64,000 nucleotides of DNA from Octopus vulgaris (GCA_951406725.2 OX597814.1:11966001-12030000); one strand, 5' to 3'. Shown: positions 39,414 through 53,660, counted from the stretch's first letter. Notes: generated by a model not told the origin, from the letters alone. Program-made: numbers and translations.

Positions 39414-41302
39414 TACAGCAGGGATGTAATACAATAAATATCTTGAGAGTAGTAGTGCTACTAACAGTCGCAGTAGTTGTAGCAGTAGCAGCTCTGATGG
39501 TGGTTGTGATGGTCCTTGTAGAAGTAGGAGGGGGTGAGGATGGTGATAGTAGTACTTGTAGTAGTATTGGTGGTCTTAGTCGTAGTTAGTGACAGTTGTG
39601 TTGTTTGTTGTGATAGTGGTTGCGGTAGTCGTAGTCAGTAATCGTAATAATAGCAATAGTGATCGTCGTAGTGATTGTGGCTGGATAAATGGGTAGTGGT
39701 GGTCATAGTAGTAGTAGTAGTAGCAACAGTAGTACTAGTTGTAGAAATTATCTTCCAGCTACTAAGCAGGCGTAATTTGAAATCGATTTCCTTCCCCCTC
39801 TCGGTAACCTGAACCTGACTTCAAGTTACCAAGAAGGTAAGGCGAAGTAGATGGAGGTAGTCTGAAATCGTTACACACTGGGCTTTGTCCATGACTGATC
39901 GTATTCGCTAGAAGCAGGGTGTGATGGTGTCATGTTATATGACCAAGCTACTCTATTTTCTGCCGTTTAACAATTGACAGAAGAGTTTAGTGGCTCACAA
40001 TCTGTCATCAAATTCTTTCCCAGCACTCTCGTGTGTTAGTTCGATATTCTGTACGTGGAATGCAAAGCGTTTTTCTTTATAACATTTCATTACGCAAGCC
40101 ATGATCTGGTTTTTCATTTTCAGCATTTAACGCCCATGATTTGCGCACATATCACGCAAAGGAAATCAGTACTACTCTTAAAAACAAACAAAAAAAAAAG
40201 CTATCGTAGATTATATTCAACACCATCTTATCCTTTTGATAACAACCCGTCTGAGAACCCCACTGGTTCTATGGTACAAACTTCCTGTTTAAAATTATCT
40301 TAATTAAAACATATCGTTAAAATTTCATGTTGATTTGCCGTATTTAATGACTCAAAAACAAAAACAAATAATAATGTTCCAAAAGATTACCCCGAGTCCT
40401 GTATGCCAAGTTGGGCCTCCTATAAGCTAATTTTGTCTCTGACGCTCATTACCATGGGCTAATTTTAATCCAGACAGTCTCTTTTATCTAGCCTAAGTCC
40501 ATATAGCTAAGGTACCTTTGCAATGTCGTATTAGATTGCTTTAATAAGTACATGATTAAGGCGGCGAGCTGGCAGAAACGTGCCGGGTGAAATGCCTGGC
40601 AGTATTTCGTCTGCAGTTACGTTCTGAGTTCAAATTCCGCCGAGGTTGACTTTGCCTTTCATCCTTCCGGGGTCGATAAATTAAGTACCAGGTACGCACT
40701 GGGGCCGATGGAATCAACTTAATCCGTTTGTCTGTCTTTGTTTGTCTCCTCTATGTTTAGCCTCTCGTGGGCAATAAAGAAATAATTAATAAGTACATGA
40801 TTTAACGTACCAAAACCTTTTCCCTGAATCTGCGCTGTTGAAATTGGAAGCGCGGCTAATATGGCCGTAGATCTTTTATGTCATGAAATACAGTTTATTG
40901 CAAATACCAGCTAAATAAGGACTTGATTATTTTACTAAATTCTTCATTATTTTCAAAATTAATTAAAACAAAGGCATTGTATTTCAACAGAAATGAAATA
41001 ACGAAAGTGTTAAAACATGGGCGTGCTGGGCAGCTACCTGGGGTCTCTACGATCTTAGGTGCCTCCAGACCCGATGCTAATCTATATATATTGTGGTTGT
41101 ATATGTAGGAGCTCCGGTGCATTTTTTTCCCGCGAGCTTATGATGCAAAGACGGTCTTGGCTGCATCCCTGATATATTGAAAAAGAAGAGATGGTCACAA
41201 CTGGGATGCCGTTGATCATGTCTGATGTCTCTTTTATGAGAATAAACGACATAACAAAACATACTCATGCACACCTTTAAACTAACACACACACACACAC
41301 AC

Positions 41303-41343
<41 letters not shown>

Positions 41344-41347
<4 letters not shown>

Positions 41348-41633
41348 AATTGTAGTGTGGAAGGTGTTTATAGGCCATTTAAGAAACACACAAAAGCCGT
41401 TAGTTTCACTTCAATATTTAAATTTCATTTGCCAAAATATTTTCGTCGCTTTGAGACCGCGACCTTTTTTTCACTGACAAAATTCCGTGCGGCATCTCGT
41501 GAACTATGAAGAGGTCGCGGTCTCAAAGCGACGAAAATATTTTGGCAAATTAAATTCGAATGTTGAAGAGAATCTAACGGCTTTTGTGTGTTTCTTAAAT
41601 GGCTTATAAACACCTTCCGCGCTGCAATTGTTT
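41344..41633. repeat. Long inverted repeat (~120-bp arms, ~45-bp spacer)
   Basis: aaacaattgtagtgtggaaggtgtttataggccatttaagaaacacacaaaagccgttag...gaccgcgacc, with its reverse complement at 41512-41633. Confidence 0.95.
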
Positions 41634-41686
41634 TCGTTCCAGCACACGATCTCAGATCAGGTCACTTTCAATGCTAGTATATTTCC

Positions 41687-41743
<57 letters not shown>

Positions 41744-41754
41744 ATGTATGTATG

Positions 41755-41806
<52 letters not shown>

Positions 41807-42543
41807 ATTGTTGTCCCCGCTTTTCCAAACTGCATGTCAATCGGAATATATAACTTAAGTAAAATATTATTTTATAGTCTGTTAAGTACATATAGTCTAT
41901 AATAGAAAGGACTATCTCTCAGTGTTAAATTCAACTCTCCTTGTGAGCTGAACTTGGAGGTTTCGCCATTTACTGACAATTTAGTAAATTACAGACAATC
42001 ACCATCACCGCAACAAGAACTACAACAAAAACTCCTCTATATTAAGGAACCACCCAACGATCGTCCGATCAGTCAGAAATAGCTGTTAAATTTCCCTCTA
42101 ATTTGATCTTACCGGCTTTAAAAGAAAGAGAGAGAAGCACATCATCTTGGAGCACATCGTTTTGGAGGAACTATGCCTAATAATAAAATGAGGCGATCAT
42201 AGTTGGAATAAACTTAAACACAAGTCTGCTTGAGCGGAGCAGCAGGGGTTAAACCACAATAACAAAAACAACAGCTCCTAAACTTCTAATATTGCGTTTT
42301 TTTTTCACCCCTTAATCTCAGATAAACCCTCGTGTCAAGCGGAATACTTCTCAGCTGAATGCCTCAGATACGCACGTCAGCACGCAGATTCGCACGCACA
42401 TACGTAAGGTATAAATGTATTTAAGCACCTGAATATTAAATTTAGCATATAATCTGATCTCCACGCGAAGTTATCTGCCAAGACAAAAACAACCAAGCAA
42501 ATTATAAGCTCATTACAATAATAATATTTAGTAGTGTACTTAC

Positions 42544-42738
42544 ACGTGTCCAACTCGATACGGTCCATTTGCTGCATTCATTTTGTTGAGCACATTTTCT
42601 TGTTAGAATCATTTTCGGTTTGGGAATATGTTGGCAGTTTTTGTTCGGCTTTGGTGTCAGGCTATTTGTTTTCCTGTCATATCTCGTGCATCGAAGGATT
42701 TTCCTTTGCAAACCGCCGTAGCCACAAGATTTTGAACA
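42544..42738 (-). CDS. ADAMTS-superfamily TSP1 exon (CSKSCGYGGLQRKILRC...CQHIPKP...CSKWTVSSWTR)
   Basis: atttag/gtaagt, 195 bp, phase 0/0. TSP1 cysteine and tryptophan pattern. Confidence 0.93.
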
Positions 42739-43190
42739 CTAAATTAGAAAACACATCCATCGATATAGAAATACATAGTACACAAACATGCATAATATCT
42801 ATGTTTCCCTCCCCGTTCTCTCGCTTTATTATATCTGTATCTATTTGTTGATAATATCTATCTATCCAAATTCCGCCAAGGTCGACTTTGCCTTTCATCC
42901 TTTCGGGGTCGATAAATTAAGTACCAGTTACGCACTGAGGTCGATGTAATCGACTTAATCCCTTTGTCTCCCCTTGTTTGTCCCCTCTATGTTCAGCCCA
43001 TTGTGGGCAATAAAGAAATAATAAACGTTAGCATACCGAGCGACTTTTCGTTCTGAGTTCAAATTACGCCGAGGTCGACTTTGCCTTTCAGGATCGATAA
43101 TTTAAGTACCAATTATGTACTGGGGTCGATCTAATCGACTGGTCCCCTCCCCCAAAATTTCGGGCCTTGTGCCTAGAGTAGAAAAGATAA

Positions 43191-43302
<112 letters not shown>

Positions 43303-43742
43303 GGCACAAGCATGACTGTGTGGCTAAGAAGTTCATTTCACAACTACATGATCTTGGGTTCAGTCCCACAGCGCGGCACTTTGGGCAAATAACTTTTACC
43401 ATGGCCCTGGGGAGACCGAAACCGTGTGACTAAACTTGATAAACGGAAACGCATTGTGTGAGTGTGTGATGTTAAACTGTACAAATGTATGTGTGTGTGT
43501 GAGAGAGAGAGTGAGAGTGAAAGAGAGAGAGAGAGAGAGAGAGGGTGAGAGTGAAACAGAGAAAGAGAGAGAGAGAGAGAGAGAGAGGAAGAGGTGGGGG
43601 AGAAATAAGTGCAGGAACGAAATTTGCTTAGGGGATGCAAACCCAGTTTACCAGGAGGATGTTCAAAGCGTTTTCCTTGCGCCACCACCGCTTAAATTAT
43701 CGCGAGTATATCTGCACCCTTTGCACACCCAGTTCCCGAGCC

Positions 43743-43788
<46 letters not shown>

Positions 43789-44618
43789 GAGAGATAGTTG
43801 GATAGAGGCAAGAAAATAGCTGTATGAGCTGATTGGGAGATCACATTTGTGTATACGTTGTTCAGGAAAGATAAGTAGTGTGTTTGTGTATAATGTTTTT
43901 GACAGACGAATGAATATATGTAGATAGAAAATTATCTAAATCGCTTTGTGTATACATTGATCTAGTTTCATTATGTATATATATATATAATATTAGAGTG
44001 ATAACTACATCAGTGCAATGTAATAAGCGCACGAATGTCGATACATTTCTTTCATTTGTTTTTGTATTTACATCTGACACTTATCTCCTGGTGGTATGGA
44101 TTCGTTTATGATTACATGACAAAAGATCTTTGATATTATTTCATTTATATATTATTTGATAGAAGCTGTGTTCTACAAAGCAGTATCATGGCAATAGTAT
44201 TTATATAATTTTGCAGAATAAATCACGCAATCTGTGTGATATAAATGGTAGATTGCTAGCATATTATGAACTGGTTCTTTTTAGATCTTATATTGTCATT
44301 CAGAAATGTATTACCTGAAGTTATATTAGAATATCGACAGTCAGGTCGACATATGTATGCTTCTGTTGTTTTTAGCTCGAGTCAACACTGCTTGAGCAAA
44401 GGTATTTCAGTCATGTTAATACCATATTTTATTTTTCAGGAACAGGTGTAGTTATGGCTGTGTGGTTAAGAAGACTGCTTCTCAACCATGTGGTCTTGAG
44501 TTCAGTTCCATTGATGGAACCTCGGATTAAATGTCTCCAACTACAGGTCCAAAAGTGGCAGACGGAAACTGAAAGAAGACCGCCGCACGTACGTGCATGT
44601 TCTAGGGAACCACAGTTT

Positions 44619-44656
<38 letters not shown>

Positions 44657-44704
44657 GGTGGTGCCCTAGCATGACCGCAGCTTTAAAGCTGAAAAATTTC
44701 AAAG

Positions 44705-44741
<37 letters not shown>

Positions 44742-45831
44742 GAAACTCACTGGCTAATCGTGACACCAGCAACTGTTCTAGCACTGTCAATCTACATATT
44801 GCTAGCAAGGAAATGAGCCTCAGCAGTCGAGCGTCCATCATTGACAAGACCAAGGAAGGTCGAAATCACGTGATTAGTGGTGTTGTCCCTGGAGGTGGCG
44901 GGGACTTTTCTCCTCGCTAGCGATATGAACAAGAGTGCATTTTACCCTAAAAGCCAATATAAGTGTTTCTCTCATGGTACCTACCGCAGTACAGTTTGTT
45001 CTAACAGAACATCTATGTTTAAGTGAGGTTAAATATAAATTATATGTATGTATGTATGTATGTATGTGTCTGTGTGTATGTATGTGTGTATGTATGTGTC
45101 TGTGTGTATGTATGTGTCCCTCAGCCACCGCTTGCCAACTGCGTGTGATTGTGAAAACAGAACTGTAACCCATTTAAAAATGCATTGTGAAGAATTTTGC
45201 GTTCATAGATTAAATTCTTAAAATGTTACGACTGAAACCGTACAAAATCTTCACGCTTCTTGTATTTCTCATCATTATGAAGTTTTCTTCACCAACTCAA
45301 CATTTCGTTTTAAAATTGATGCGTTCGTCTTTTCTAAGTTTCAGTGCATATACACAAGGCATTGACTTTCGTCTCTGATACTTTCCCATATCAAATTCAG
45401 TTGGAGTAATAAGTATCAGCGATAGAATACGAAAACAAAACACAACGAATAAATTATGGTCATATTTCCGACACACTATGCTTAGTAAAGGAACAGTGTA
45501 AGCACTTGTATGTATGTATGTATGTATGTATGTATGTATGTATGTATGTATGTATGTATGTATGTATGTATGTATGTATGTATGTATGTATGTATGTGTG
45601 TGTGTATGTGTGTATGTATGTGTGTGTGTGTGGGTGTGTGTGTGTATGTATGTATGTATGTATGTATGTGTGTGTGTGTATGTATGTATGTATGTATGTA
45701 TGTATGTATGTATGTATGTTTAAAACAAAACATGGGGAAATGTTTGTAAAATATTTAGTTACATGAGCGGGAAAACACACACGGAGTCCTAAATACTCGT
45801 TGTCGTGCAATTTTAAGGTTTAAGTTGCACT

Positions 45832-45882
<51 letters not shown>

Positions 45883-46029
45883 TGTGGTATGCATATATAT
45901 ATATATATATATATATGAACATAAACTTATATATATGTTTATGAGAGAGATTACGTTGAACGCACGTTTATAACATTTGTTCCTACGTTCGTTTCACCAG
46001 TGTGGGTGTTTGAAACTCTGCACTGGATG

Positions 46030-46390
46030 GTCCCAGTGCAACTGGAGGCTTAACTCACCTAATTCCCTAGACTGGAAGCCCCTTGATTATTATGTGTGGG
46101 GCGCAGTTGAGCAAGAGACCAACGAAATTCTTTGTAACACCAAAAATGAACTAAAGGCAAGGATTAAAGCAGCATTCATCCACTTAAATAAGCAGACCGT
46201 CCAGAAGAGTTGCAGGAGAATCCGAAGTCGTTTGGAGGTCGTGGTTTAAACCAATGGCGATTTTATTGAATAAATTTACTCTTTAGTATTTCAAGATATT
46301 TTTATGTAATTTTGGTAAATATATCTGCGAGATGTCTGTCATTTTCATTTTTGTGTAATTTAGACGACAATTTATTCACCGCACCCAGTA
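46030..46390 (+). mobile_element. Tc1/mariner 3' end (transposase C-terminus + TIR + TA)
   Basis: PNSLDWKPLDYYVWGAVE...ELKARI...RSRLEVVV; ends cgacaatttattcaccgcacccagTA. Confidence 0.85.
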
Positions 46391-47554
46391 CACATATACA
46401 TACACGTGTATATGTACATATATAAACGTGCACACACACACACATACACACACACACCTATATGTACACATGTAAACGCACACAAAATGCATGTATATAT
46501 GTTTGTACACGCATATATATGTATGTATGTATGTATGTATGAGCGTGTATCGTTAGTCTGACAAAGCTTGAGTACTCAATCTATTGTAGAGCTTTAGATA
46601 TCTGAAAACAAAACTACATACCAACTCCGTACACCGGCAAACATTGTTTCCTGACAAACAGGTATGTTTCAGGTAGGTGCAGTGATGTACGGATGACACG
46701 TGGTGTTTTGAAACACAAATGTTTCGACATGGAACTTAAAGCCTGCAGTTATGCAATTTCTCTGCCCACCCCACACACGTGTGAGTGTCCAAACGAAAGA
46801 AAGTGACACTCGAGACATTTGGTAGGAGTTACATATATTTTTAGTAACAATTTGACTTAGCTCCACATAACTTAGTTTCGTGGGAACATAGGACATCTCA
46901 TGAAATGTTAGGAGAAGAGTGAGATATCTGAGTAAACAAATCAAGGTGGCTTCTAGGCGTTAGGGCCTCTATTGTCATCTCAGCTCACGTGGTATTAATG
47001 GGAAACTGACACCAGCTATTTTCATTATTTTTAGATGCACTTACTCGGACAGAATCTTAGCAGGATGCTGGTGTTATTTTAGTGGCAGGCTGCATTTTGA
47101 GTTCAAATTCCGCCGAGGTCGACTTTGCCTTTCATCCTTTCGGGGTCGATAAATTACGCGATAAATTACCAGTTACGCACTGGGGGTCGATGTAATCGAC
47201 TTAATACCTTTGTCTGTCCTTGTTTGTCCCTTCTGTGTTTAGCCCCTTGTGGGCAATAAAGAAATAATATATGGTTAACTTTCTCCGATGCTGGCTCTGA
47301 TCATATTAAATTATCACTCAAACTCTACTTTCCATGCGTTAAGTACATTTTTACGGAGTATGACCAACTTCGTTGTTATCAACAGACGCCTTCAACTGTA
47401 TATATACATCTGTGTGTGTGTGTGCGTGTGTGTATATACATTCATATGTTGTGAGTATGTGTATTTTATTTATATAAGTATTCACATATATATACATAAT
47501 ATGTCTGTGCTTTTTTGTATGTGTGTTTGTATTCAAGAAAAGAAATTTACTTAC

Positions 47555-47749
47555 TTCACCCCAAGCAGAGGCCACCCATTGGTACCTTTTAGTTTTGGGG
47601 CATTTCTTGCGGGTTCTACATGTTCTGGTTGACTGAGGTTTATGGGAATGTGAACACACAGTCTCAGGCATCGCCGTCCACCGTCTGTTCACTTTTTGCA
47701 TACAATCAACACGTCTTCTTTTGTAGCCTTTACCACATGTAACAGAACA
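47555..47749 (-). CDS. ADAMTS-superfamily TSP1 exon (CSVTCGKGYKRRRVDC...KPQSTRTC...YQWVASAWGE)
   Basis: tttcag/gtaagt, 195 bp, phase 0/0. CSVTCG.G...R.V.C and W....W motifs. Confidence 0.94.
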
Positions 47750-47851
47750 CTGAAATCACAGCGAAGAAGAAGATTTGTGACAGAAAAGAAAAGCAAAGCA
47801 AACGAACAAAAAACGAAATATCAAGAGCAATAAAACAACAACATATAAAAA

Positions 47852-47909
47852 CCACCACCACCTACCACCACCACCACCACCGCCGCCGCCACCGCCGCCA
47901 CCGCCGCCG

Positions 47910-47947
<38 letters not shown>

Positions 47948-48127
47948 ACCACCACTACCGCCACCACCACCACCACTACCGCTGCCACCACCACCACCAC
48001 CACCACCACCACCACTACTATCACTATATCACTACCATCAATACCACCACCACCGCCACCGCCACGCCACCGCCGCCACCACCACCACCACCACCACACC
48101 ACCACCACCACCACCACCACCACCACT
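47852..48127. repeat. Compound (CCA/CCG/CTA)n trinucleotide tract
   Basis: Seen directly. Confidence 0.95.
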
Positions 48128-48207
48128 TCTTGCGTAGCTGTTGTCAACTTGCATGTTGAGCTTAATGTTCTGGCTCAAAAACCTTATTCTATGTTTTAAC
48201 ACCACAT

Positions 48208-48307
48208 NNNNNNNNNNNNNNNNNNNNNNNNNNNNNNNNNNNNNNNNNNNNNNNNNNNNNNNNNNNNNNNNNNNNNNNNNNNNNNNNNNNNNNNNNNNNN
48301 NNNNNNN
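48208..48307. other. Assembly gap (100 N, true size unknown)
   Basis: Run of 100 N. Confidence 0.99.
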
Positions 48308-48395
48308 GCAATGGCTAAAGAATTCTTTGTTACGGATCTTTCCGTGATCGTTACCGAACAGGCTCCCTCTGGTAGCACGACGAGATCCACGATTC
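48308..48395 (-). CDS. ADAMTS spacer-domain exon, truncated by assembly gap (GIVDLVVLPEGACSVTITERSVTKNSLAI...)
   Basis: ttttag acceptor, phase 1 entry. xPxGAxxIxIxE....NxLAI spacer signature. Runs into the N gap at 48208-48307. Confidence 0.88.
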
Positions 48396-49669
48396 CTAAA
48401 ACGATTTGCAAACAGACAGTTTTATAGCAGCAACAACAACAATAATGTTAACAAATATATGGAAGCACTCCGTCTGTTACGACGATGAGGGTTCCGGTTG
48501 ATCCGAATCAACGGAACAGCCTGCTCGTGAAATTAACGTGTAAGTGGCTGAGCACTCCACAGACACGTGTACCCTTAACGTAGTTTTCGGGGATATTCAG
48601 TGACAAGGCAGGCCGGCCCCTTGAAATACAGGTACAACAGAAACAGGAAGTAAGAGTGAGAGAAAGTTGTGGTGAAAGAGTACAGCAGGGATCACCACCA
48701 TCCCTACCGGAGCCTCGTGGAGCTTTTAGGTGTTTTCGCTCAATAAACACTCACAACGCCCGGTCTGGGAATCGAAACCGCGATCCTATGACCGCGAGTC
48801 CGCTGCCCTAACCACTGGGCCATTGCGCCTCCACTAACAAATATAACAACAATAACAAAGGCAACGAGCTGGCAGAATGATTAGCATGCTGGGAAAAATG
48901 CTTAACGTCGTTTCGACCGCTTTTTACGTTCTGAGTTCAAATTCCGCCGAGGTCAACTTTTGCTTTTCATCTTTTCGGGTTCTATAAAACAAGTACCAGT
49001 TGAATATTGAGGTCAATGTAATCGATTAAACAAACCCCTCTCCCGAAAATTGCTGACCTTGTGGCAAAATTTGAAAGTAACATAACAACAGTAACAACAA
49101 CAATTCCAGTATGTTTCTTTGACAAATATAATAAGTAAATGAGTCTAAGATTATCAGTTGTGTATTGAAATTTATTCAGTCGACCGTAGTCTTCTTTGCA
49201 AGGCAAATTATTGCTTAGTGTCTATCTTATCGACTCTCGAAGAATACGAACTCTGAACAACCAAATATCCAAAGACATTTTGTCTGTCACTCAACATATT
49301 TTGACATTCACAGAACCAGCGATATTTAATAAGGAATTAAATTGGAGGACAAATTAATAAGTATTTGAATCGTTTAGTTCAAATCTCATGGGAGTGGATG
49401 ATGCCGTTTACCCCCAGTGGATCGATAATAAACTTTTCGAAAAGAAATGTTAGCCTTTTGTCTATCCAATATAAACTAAAATATACAATAATTGCAATAA
49501 TGTGTACATACAAATGCATAACGGCGCTATCTGTAGTATTTTCTAGAAGTGGCTTGTGTCCAAAGACACAAGGTTTGCTCAGAATGTCGTCAGTGGGTTG
49601 TGAAACACGGTGTTTCGATCTTATTTAGTCTTCTCAGTGACTAACACCCTCGGATATCTCTTTACACTT

Positions 49670-50078
49670 TCTCTTTTCTCTTTTACTTGTTTCAGTCATT
49701 TGACTGCGGCCATGCTGGAGCACCGCCTTTAGTCGAGCAAATCGCCGCCGGGACTTATTCTTTGTAAGCCTAGTACTTATTCTATCGGTCGCCTTTGCCG
49801 AACTACCAAGTGACGGGGACATAAACACACCAGCATCGGTTGTCAAGCAATACTAGGGGGACAAATACAGACACACAAATATTCACTTTCACACACACAC
49901 ACATATATATACATATATACGACGGGCTTCTTTCAGTTTCCGTCTACCAAATCCACTCACAAGGCTTTGGTTGGCCCCGAGGCTATAGTAGAAGACACTT
50001 GCCCAAGATGCCACGCAGTGGGACTGAACCCAGAACCATGTGGTTGGTAAGCAAGCTACTTACCACACAGCCACTCCT
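49670..50078 (-). mobile_element. SINE family A, full length
   Basis: Reverse complement of the 17603-18008 family. Confidence 0.9.
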
Positions 50079-50333
50079 AAGCCTATATTCTGAGCTTAAC
50101 TGAAAAATATTTGTTCTGATATAGAAATCAGAAAACAAAACATATACACATTGATGCATATATTGATTAAATTCTGGTCAGGCAAGAATTTAGTGAAAAT
50201 ATGCACTTGAAACAGCATTAGATTAGAATAACAGCGTATGTAGCCTTTACAATGTACACAAAAATGCAGGACAGCGCTAGCTTCTAAGATGAGCTCGTAG
50301 GTTAAATATATTATACTGTAAAAGTTTACTTAC

Positions 50334-50457
50334 CGTACATTTTGCCTTGAGCATTGAAAGTTGTACGAGTAAAAGTACAACTAGACCCATCTCCACCACA
50401 AACACAACACCTGTCTAATCTTGCTGTTGAGTTCAACTGTAAGTCGCATCCAACATG
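50334..50457 (-). CDS. ADAMTS-superfamily exon ([42 protein letters not shown])
   Basis: tcccag/gtaagt, 124 bp, phase 0/1. Diagnostic VGCD..L.S....D.[11 protein letters not shown] motif. Confidence 0.95.
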
Positions 50458-50477
50458 CTGGGAGGTAATAATATGAT

Positions 50478-50553
50478 ATGATAATGATAATAATTAATAA
50501 TAATAATAATAATAATAAAAATAATAATAATAATAATGATAATAATATTAATG

Positions 50554-50589
<36 letters not shown>

Positions 50590-50710
50590 GTGATAATGAT
50601 AATAATAATAATTAATAATAAGAATAATAAAAATAATAATAATAATAATGATAATAATAATAATGATAATAATAATAATAATAATAATAATGATAATAAT
50701 AATAATAATA

Positions 50711-50763
<53 letters not shown>

Positions 50764-50770
50764 AATAATT
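50478..50770. repeat. (AAT)n/(GAT)n tract just upstream of an ADAMTS acceptor
   Basis: Seen directly. Confidence 0.95.
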
Positions 50771-53020
50771 CTTATTATCATAATAAATGCAAATTTCGTA
50801 TATTATGATGAAAAATATAAGCTGACCTAACCCTTACAAATTGCAAAGAAACTACTGAACGAATTGAAGTCTTATTTCCGTAACATTAAGTAAGACAAGT
50901 ATATTTCTCTATCAAATAGGATGTTGATCTATCGCCGGTAGATTTTTTATCAGCGTTGGCACTGAAGCAAACGCAGGACACTCGCCAATTTTACAGTTCT
51001 GTGGCATTATGGAGCATTAAATTGTACAGTAACTTATAGTATCTATTTAGTGCTAAGTAGATCCAGGCGTTGGATTACTTGTCTTAGCCGCAAACTGTGT
51101 AAGCTTCCATGCACACTACAGTGAGCCTCAAAATAGAGACGTGGATCACCTCGAGAAGGCACCTGGATTCTAAATGTGCAGTAAAAACAGCATGTCTGGG
51201 CGTACCGAATGCAAAGAGCCATCGTAGAACAGAGAGGGCTCTGAGTCTACTGATGTACATTCCTTAGTGCTATTATCACGATTAATCACCATGACCAATA
51301 TATGTTACCAAAAAGGGGCAGACTTAATTTGTCATCCTGTATTACTTCACCTCATGGCCCTTGGGTGCTTTTAGTATGGTCCACATTGTTGCAAGTATAT
51401 GGACCAGATTTTCGATTTGAAGAATTCATGTGAAGCTATACGATATTACGACAATTTTACAAAAGTTTTAAAAGCTCTAACGTAATATTTAGGCCATGAG
51501 AGTTATGCATTCATATTTTAGGGGTTACATTTTGTAATAAACATCGAATCGAAATGTTAGATAAATGCGTTGTTTCCGATTGCATCTTAACTTGAAAAGT
51601 ACCATAACTAGTTAGAACTGGAAGGAGTTCTCTGCTGGAGGCCCACCATTAAACACAGAAGGGATTCAGTTTCGCGGGGCTTACTCTATTAGCTGGCAGT
51701 TAACCCACAGCTACTGGTTGCTATCTGGGCCATTACAGGACTCGAAGAGGATGATTTCTTCTCTTCCTCTCTAGAAGCCCTACCGTGATATAGAAATACA
51801 TAATACACATATACACACACAATACATACACACAGAGCTCGTTGCAATGTTATACCGTAAAAGAGAATTATAGTCAACTAAACGTGACTAGGGTGACTAA
51901 GGGTGTCAAGACACCTACATCGTTAGAAGTAAGAGCTAAAATGCTCTAAGGCTGTTATAAAGCGCATGACATTCTGATAGGGGCTGCAATCGCCCCGAAC
52001 ACCGAATCGAAAATTCGCTAGAATGACCGGCCATATAAGCAAATTCAAGAACAAACGAAAAAAAATAGTAAAAAACAACAGAAGTCAATTGGACGTACTC
52101 AGTAAATATACTTCATTGACGCTCGGTGAAAGTTTTTAACGGAAAAATAGGAGTAGAAATGACGCTTCGAGCATAGAACTTCGCCGAGAAGAGGAAAATG
52201 TCCAGAGAAGAAGAAAAGAAGGGAGGAACCGATAGTCCGAAGAAAAGCACGTGTGTCAAGGGAATATGAATTTTCAAATTTAGATGAGTACTTTTTCAAG
52301 CACTCTGTTGTAACCCAAACTTTGCTCACTAGATCGACCAGTGAGAAACATTTAGATCCGTGTAAACCTTATAATTACACTTTTACTCTTGTTCAGTTAG
52401 AAAATCCAAAGTTGACTTCGAATAATTCTCCATACGGTTCCAGAGTATGTTAAAAAACACGAAGAATGACGATGAGTTACGCATTTTTAATTGATAATTA
52501 TAACATATATGGCTTTCGTTTCAATTCGATACACATGGATTAGTATTATTAGAGAAATGAGGGTGAGAGACAAGGTAAAGGACCATATGATTCTCAAGAT
52601 CTTTAATGACGTAAGCAAAATGAAATATCTTCATCTGGAGTTATAAACAACGTCTGACCTGATTTGTGATTCTAAATCCCTGCACACACACACACGTTTG
52701 TTTTTGACGAGGTGCAAATATTCTATGCTTTAAAGTAGAGGGAGAGAGAAGAAATGTGATGTGGAGGAAGTCAAGTCTTTCTCAAGCCTATTTTAACGAT
52801 ATGTCGTATAAATTTGCGTTACACTATCAAAAATGGATTGTGCTCTATATCCATTAAAGAACTTACAGTTGCTCCTACAGAATTCACCGCTGAGATAAAT
52901 GAAAACAGCGATTCATTGACAATTGTCTGGTAGAAACGAATTATTCCTCTCACTCGCAATATTTTCTCCAAACTCTGGCGTTACATGTGTGTGTGTGCGC
53001 GCGCGCGCGCGCGCGCGCGC

Positions 53021-53066
<46 letters not shown>

Positions 53067-53529
53067 GAATACATGTATGGATATATGAAGAGATCTATTT
53101 TTAATCTAAAGTTATAGGAAAGTCCGGTAAAAGAATTAATAGAGTTGATTATTAGGAATCACACCAAAGACTCAGTATTTGGTGATAAAAAAGTGAAAAT
53201 AATGATCGTCATAGCATGGGTAGCAGATTGATTATTTTTATGAAACCGTTTCAATTTTATTGCATCTACAAACCTTTGATTTGTTCTGCAAATACATAAT
53301 ACGAATAGGAAGAATATTCATTTACTTAATAATACAGAGCTAGCTAGTATAGATCTCGTAATTTGCCTTCATCTAGTTTTTAAAATTGCTCCAAAAATGG
53401 ATCTCTTTCTTGTTTTAGATAATAAAAATTTGTGTTTAATATTATTAAAATATAAGAAAAGATCAAATATGTCTTCTGTTCTTTGATATGCGTAGTGGTT
53501 GACATTAGCGGGATCAAGTTAATACTTAC

Positions 53530-53660
53530 TGTGCATACACCTTTGATACAAACATCATTAGATATTGTATTACACAATGTGCCATCATCAACTGCATACC
53601 TCATTCGGTGAGCTTTATTGTCGTTGTTATTGACACAGTAGAGCATACATTGCTTCTTTC
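53530..53660 (-). CDS. ADAMTS-superfamily exon, Cys-rich region (KKQCMLYCVNNNDNKAHRMRYAVDDGTLCNTISNDVCIKGVCT)
   Basis: gcttag/gtaagt, 131 bp, phase 1/0. Fits CxLYC...VxDGTxC....DxCxxGxC. Confidence 0.92.

Noticed and set aside
45460-45810. ORFs such as (YVCM)n, (IY)n, poly-T, poly-V and poly-I throughout the window
   Set aside because: Microsatellite translations.
47040-47092. Possible extra minus-strand ADAMTS exon ending in GTAAGT
   Set aside because: Stop codons in all frames from the nearest acceptor, and the flanking exons already join in phase.
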